Assembly: GCA_964468255.1 (NCBI GenBank)
Contig: CAYXTB010000001.1
Location: forward strand, 1-58,714
Source: Candidatus Woesearchaeota archaeon
GTDB lineage: Archaea; Nanobdellota; Nanobdellia; Pacearchaeales; GW2011-AR1
DNA: 58,714 nucleotides
Direction: 5' to 3'
Shown: in pieces, positions 54,654-58,714 of the stretch
How the letters are laid out: every line of letters begins with the position of its first letter
How positions within the stretch are numbered: the first letter of the stretch is position 1
Position numbers and translations under genes: made by a program
Notes under the pieces: model-generated
Seen by the model: the letters and a program-made list of their open reading frames with translations, nothing else
Databases searched by the model: none
What the model was told of the DNA's origin: nothing

Positions 54654-55598
54654 ATGATATTAGAAGATGACGTCTTAAGCTTTGATAGTCCTGGCAGATT
54701 TAGGACAAGAAGAGTATTGGCAAGAGAAAAAATATCTCAAAGAAAAGGTAAGGAATCTTATTTTGATTTGACACCTATTGGCAAGGACCTAAATTTTGAT
54801 TATATGACTGCCGGTAGAGTTAAAGTCGGGGCTAGTGAAATAGCTGGCAATCTTAAGGGCAGAGGGCATCTTTTCGCTAATTTAGGAGTTGGAGGAGTTT
54901 TTGTTATTAATATTGAAGGTAGAGTTTACTTGATCGGCTTAAATCAGGACAGGCCAGAATTTGGCGATTCTGTTGTTAATTTTATATCTGGATATGTACA
55001 TTCAAACCATCTAGGAAAGCCAAAAAAAGCTTTGGATGAGGAAATCTCTGAAGAGCTTTTGCTTGTAACAAAAGACTGGAAATTAGTCAGATTCTCAAGA
55101 TATGGATATGGACTACCAAGAACTTTTGAAAGTAAATTTGAGGATTATCGACAGAAAATAGATATTCATGATGGTATTGGATTTAAACTACCAAACTTAA
55201 AGCAGGTAGCAATAGAAGGCAAAAATTTAGAAAACGCAGGTGTATTTTTTGAGCCCGCCAGAAATGCGGCAAAAATTATTTATTTTGGAAGATTTGAACA
55301 TGAGATTGACTTTAGGGGACAGGGTATTTCTATGAATAATGGAAGAGATAGATTTAATTATGATGAAAAAAGAATTGAAATAATATACAAACCTGGAAAT
55401 ATTTTATTATTTGCTTTGGAAAACGAAGCACTTACTGATGGAGTTTATAAGATGCTTAATGGAAACTTGACTGCTCTTAATCCTAGAGCATTAGTATTAA
55501 ACGAGGCATTCAACATAGACGAGAGAGGACTAGCTAGGGGAAGTCAAATAAAATTAATGGATTATCTTAAAATGCAGAAGAGTAGCAGAGAAGCATGA
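54654..55598 (+). CDS. hypothetical protein
   Basis: 314-aa ORF with coding-like composition and no recognisable motif. It lies between the GT4 gene and the NDP-sugar module. Confidence 0.5.
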   Translation: MILEDDVLSFDSPGRFRTRRVLAREKISQRKGKESYFDLTPIGKDLNFDYMTAGRVKVGASEIAGNLKGRGHLFANLGVGGVFVINIEGRVYLIGLNQDRPEFGDSVVNFISGYVHSNHLGKPKKALDEEISEELLLVTKDWKLVRFSRYGYGLPRTFESKFEDYRQKIDIHDGIGFKLPNLKQVAIEGKNLENAGVFFEPARNAAKIIYFGRFEHEIDFRGQGISMNNGRDRFNYDEKRIEIIYKPGNILLFALENEALTDGVYKMLNGNLTALNPRALVLNEAFNIDERGLARGSQIKLMDYLKMQKSSREA

Positions 55599-55645
55599 AA
55601 ATAAATAAAAGGAATGTTTAAAAGCAAGGCATATTTAAAATTTCA

Positions 55646-56536
55646 ATGACAGAAGAAGACAAAACTATCTTATTGGCTGCAGACCACAATGGAGTTGAGC
55701 TGAAAAAGCACTTGACAGATTATTTAAAGAGTATGGGCTATAAATGCATTGATTTGGGCCCATTTAATGACAAGCAAAAGGTAGATTATACTGACTATGC
55801 GTTTCAACTCGGAAATATCATAAATAATGGAGACGCCAAAAGAGGAATTTTAATATGCGGGACAGGAGTTGGAATGAGCATTGCTGCAAACAGATTTCCT
55901 AATGTAAGGGCTGCTTTGATACATAATTTAGAAAGCGCTCCAAAAAGCAGGGAGCATAATGATTCAAATGTGCTTTGTTTGGGAGCATGGATTACTGCCC
56001 CTGAAATAGCGAAACAAATTCTTGATAGCTGGATTAATGCTTCATTTGAAGAGGGAAGGCATGTGAAAAGAGTTGAAAAGATTTCTGAGCATAAACCAAA
56101 TAAAATTGTTTTTACAAATGGAGTTTTTGATGTTTTACATAAAGGACATATTGAACTGCTGAATTTTTCCAAAAGTTTAGGCGATAAACTAATTGTAGGA
56201 ATAAATTCTGACAGAGCGACTAAAGAGCTTAAGGGAGCTACCAGACCTATTAATAATGAAGAGGACAGAAAAAAAGTCCTTGAATCAATAAAAGAAGTCG
56301 ATGAAGTTGTGATTTTTGATGACACAAAAACAATTGATATTATAAGCAAAATAAAGCCCCATATTGTTGTTAAAGGAGGAGAGTGGACTGCTGAAGAAGT
56401 AAGAAAAAGAGACCAGATTCCTGACGAAATTGAAATAAAAATATGCCCACTTAAAAAAGATTATTCAACGACAAATATATTGAAAAGAGCGCATGAAAAG
56501 GGCTGGATAAAGAAAGATGAAGCTAATAATAATTAG
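55646..56536 (+). CDS. fusion of an RpiB/LacA-type sugar-phosphate isomerase with a cytidylyltransferase-fold nucleotidyltransferase (RfaE domain II-like)
   Basis: 296 aa. The N-terminal ~145 aa has AADHNGVELK, GILICGTGVGMSIAANRF, HNDSNVLCLG and EGRHVKRV (RpiB). The C-terminus has FTNGVFDVLHKGHIELL (H-x-G-H) and VVKGGEW. Confidence 0.82.
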   Translation: MTEEDKTILLAADHNGVELKKHLTDYLKSMGYKCIDLGPFNDKQKVDYTDYAFQLGNIINNGDAKRGILICGTGVGMSIAANRFPNVRAALIHNLESAPKSREHNDSNVLCLGAWITAPEIAKQILDSWINASFEEGRHVKRVEKISEHKPNKIVFTNGVFDVLHKGHIELLNFSKSLGDKLIVGINSDRATKELKGATRPINNEEDRKKVLESIKEVDEVVIFDDTKTIDIISKIKPHIVVKGGEWTAEEVRKRDQIPDEIEIKICPLKKDYSTTNILKRAHEKGWIKKDEANNN

Positions 56537-56586
56537 CATATATTTCAATACCATAAATGTTTTAAAGCTATTATATAAGTGATTTT

Positions 56587-57576
56587 ATGGAAACTTTGGA
56601 TAGAATTGCAGTTCAAGAGGTATTTAATGGCTTTGTGGATAAGAGAGTTTTGGTTGTTGGAGACTCTATTTTGGACAGGCATGTTTATGGGGAGGTTATA
56701 GGAACTTCATTAGAAACCCCGACATTGAAATTGAAACATGGAAGGACAGAAATTTCATATGGCGGAGCTGCAAATGTTGTAAACAATATTCTCGGCTTGG
56801 GAGGAAGAGTTGACTTTATAACTCTTCTTGGCAATGACCAGGGCGCGGAACATTTTAGGCAATTCAAACACGAAAATCTTAGATTTCATCCTGTAATTGA
56901 ACCTGGAAGGACAACAACTGTAAAAGAAAGAACATGGGCAATGAGAGGAAATACTTCTTATAAAGTATTGCAAGTTGATTATTTAGACAATAGAGATATT
57001 AGCGATAAATCTCTTAAAGAAATTAGAGATAAATTTATGCAAGCAGTTCAACAAAGTTATATTGTTCTTTTTGTTGATTATAAACATGGTATGATGACTC
57101 CTACTCTAATGAGGTATTTGCAACAGTGTTCTAGAAGAGTTGGAAAGAAGACAATTGCAACTTTCCAGCTTTCTCAAAGAGACATAAAACCAGAAGATTA
57201 TGCAGGAAATTATCTTGTATGCATGAATGCAAAAGAAGCAAAAGCGATTGATCCTGCGTTCTCTCCTGACGTAGAATTTTCTGAATTGGAAAGAAAATTA
57301 AAAACACATATCTGCGTAACTCTTGGAAATAAGGGCTCTGTTTTATATTTAAATGGCAAAACATACAAGGCAGATGCAATCAAAGTTGAAGAAAAAGATT
57401 CATGCGGAGCAGGAGATTCTTTTTTAGCTGCCTTGGCTTTAGGAGATATTGAAAAACATCCTATAGAATCCTTGTATATTGCAAATGCGTGGGCTGGCTT
57501 GTTTGTGCAGCAAATAGGAACAACTGTACCAAAAAAAGAAGACTTGATTAGTATGTTCAAGAATCAACATGGATAA
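56587..57576 (+). CDS. PfkB-family sugar(-phosphate) kinase (RfaE domain I / heptose-7-phosphate kinase-like)
   Basis: 329 aa with the blocks VLVVGDSILDRHVYGEV, GGAANVVNNILGLGG and DSCGAGDSFLAALA. Confidence 0.8.
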   Translation: METLDRIAVQEVFNGFVDKRVLVVGDSILDRHVYGEVIGTSLETPTLKLKHGRTEISYGGAANVVNNILGLGGRVDFITLLGNDQGAEHFRQFKHENLRFHPVIEPGRTTTVKERTWAMRGNTSYKVLQVDYLDNRDISDKSLKEIRDKFMQAVQQSYIVLFVDYKHGMMTPTLMRYLQQCSRRVGKKTIATFQLSQRDIKPEDYAGNYLVCMNAKEAKAIDPAFSPDVEFSELERKLKTHICVTLGNKGSVLYLNGKTYKADAIKVEEKDSCGAGDSFLAALALGDIEKHPIESLYIANAWAGLFVQQIGTTVPKKEDLISMFKNQHG

Positions 57577-58291
57577 TAATTTTAGAGCAAGAGTTGTGGA
57601 CGCGAATAAGGCATTATATGATAAAGGACTTGTCGCTGATAAAGTACTTACTTGGGGCAATGCAAGTGCGTATGATAAAAAAACCGGACTAGTTCATATA
57701 AAGCCATCTGGTGTTCCTTACGATTGTCTTAGTGTAGAAAAAATTGTGGCTGTTAATTTTCAAGGAAAATTTGAAGGCAAACATAAGCCTTCTGTTGACA
57801 CACCTACGCATATTGAATTATATAAGGCTTTTCCTGAAATAAGCGGAATTGTGCATACTCACTCTCATTATGCAACTGTTTTTGCGCAGGTAAAAATGCC
57901 GATTCCATGCTTGGGAACAACACATGCCGACTATTTTAGAGGAAATATTCCTATCAGCCTGGAATTAAGTGAAGAAGAAATAGAAAAAAATTATGAGCAA
58001 TCAATTGGAAAGAGAATAGCAGAATCGCTTAGAACTTTAAAATTAAATCCGCTAGAGATAAGAGCAATGTTGATACCGAGCCATGGAATATTTACATGGG
58101 GGAAAACAATAGAAGAAGCTTTGAAATGCGCGGTTGTTGCCGAAGAAGTTGCAAGGCTTGCTTATCATCAGATATTGCTTGAAAGAGCTTCTGGTTTTGA
58201 TGTGAATACTCCAAAAGAAAAGCTTAAAAGCAAGCACTGGAAGAGAATGCAAGGAAAAAGAAGATATTACGGACAGGAGGAGAAAAAATAA
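57569..58291 (+). CDS. class II aldolase/epimerase (L-ribulose-5-phosphate 4-epimerase-like)
   Basis: 240 aa with the AraD-like blocks WGNASAYD, IKPSGVPY, PSVDTPTHIELY and GIVHTHSHYATVFAQ. Confidence 0.8.
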   Translation: MDNNFRARVVDANKALYDKGLVADKVLTWGNASAYDKKTGLVHIKPSGVPYDCLSVEKIVAVNFQGKFEGKHKPSVDTPTHIELYKAFPEISGIVHTHSHYATVFAQVKMPIPCLGTTHADYFRGNIPISLELSEEEIEKNYEQSIGKRIAESLRTLKLNPLEIRAMLIPSHGIFTWGKTIEEALKCAVVAEEVARLAYHQILLERASGFDVNTPKEKLKSKHWKRMQGKRRYYGQEEKK

Positions 58292-58714
58292 TGGCATATG
58301 GATTAAATATTCAAGATGTGGAAAAAAACAGAAAAAGAGCTGAATTAAAAGCAACAGATCTTGGACACTCTGCTCTTGTTGTTGATGAGCCTGAATTTGG
58401 ATTAGTGAAAATGCATGCTGAAAAAGGAAAAAATGGATTATGGCATGACACAAACAGACATGGATTTTTTTATATTGAAGAAGGAAGAGTCATAGTAAGA
58501 ATTAATGCAGGTGGGAAAAAATTTGAAATTCCTCTTGGAAAAGGAGAAGTGTTAAAAATGGAAAGAGGAATTAGATACAAACTTCAGGCAGAAGATGAAA
58601 GCACACTTTATGTCTTTTTAGGAAAATATGAATATCATAAACCGCAAGATGAGCTGGACTTGTCATGTTCAGATCCAGTTGTTTCTAAAACTCATGATTT
58701 TAGAGATAAATATT
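58291..58714 (+). CDS. hypothetical protein, possibly a cupin-like small beta-barrel (3' end truncated by the window)
   Basis: The reading frame is open from the ATG at 58291 (TAATG overlap with the previous gene) to the window end (141 codons, MAYGLNIQDVEKNRK...). It was hand-translated and is absent from the ORF track because it has no stop. Confidence 0.55.
   Translation, partial: MAYGLNIQDVEKNRKRAELKATDLGHSALVVDEPEFGLVKMHAEKGKNGLWHDTNRHGFFYIEEGRVIVRINAGGKKFEIPLGKGEVLKMERGIRYKLQAEDESTLYVFLGKYEYHKPQDELDLSCSDPVVSKTHDFRDKY

Noticed and set aside
55804-56349. 181-aa antisense ORF in the RpiB-cytidylyltransferase gene (plus 45911-46279 and 44941-45504 in neighbouring genes)
   Set aside because: These are Ser/Leu/Phe-rich shadow ORFs opposite genes with clear catalytic motifs.

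Overview
This is an AT-rich archaeal chromosomal segment. Archaeal RNAP subunits H/B/A/D/F, aEF-2, L21e and compact, shortened proteins suggest a DPANN-type archaeon, but that taxonomic call is inference. All product calls come from motif and architecture recognition by eye; no searches were run.

Layout:
(1) 1-2.6 kb: an IS element, a higher-GC ORF with RelA/SpoT-like motifs, and a Nudix gene.
(2) 2.6-16.8 kb, minus strand: rpoH-rpoB-[two unknown small ORFs]-rpoA (A'/A'' fused)-312 bp gap-nusA-(opposite-strand ORF)-rps12-rps7-[insertion carrying an MNT/HEPN pair]-aEF-2.
(3) 16.9-24.9 kb: a surface-protein locus with a 1532-aa Cys-rich repeat protein, a 282-aa anchored Cys-rich protein and an anchored subtilase.
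(4) 25.3-29.1 kb: rpl21e-rpoF-DUF655-rps13-rps4-rps11-rpoD.
(5) 29.2-31.8 kb: an accessory patch with three tRNAs (one intron-containing, one with an odd anticodon), two paralogous small ORFs and a second MNT/HEPN pair.
(6) secF-secD.
(7) 35.2-58.7 kb: a cell-envelope decoration island. It combines a complete 2-aminoethylphosphonate pathway (PEP mutase, phosphonopyruvate decarboxylase, AEP transaminase), nucleotidyltransferases, a CDP-alcohol phosphatidyltransferase, methyltransferases, a flippase, GT4 and GT9 glycosyltransferases, four paralogous Tmk-like P-loop proteins and a heptose-like NDP-sugar module.

Most notable observations:
- A two-gene cassette of unknown function is translationally wedged between rpoB and rpoA.
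- A synonymous-only duplicate of the rps7 3' end flanks the MNT/HEPN insertion.
- A hairpin-rich repeat family with compensatory changes has three copies in the window.
- The phosphonate/phosphonolipid-type cluster is unexpected in a reduced archaeon.
- An RpiB-cytidylyltransferase fusion sits next to a GT9 gene.
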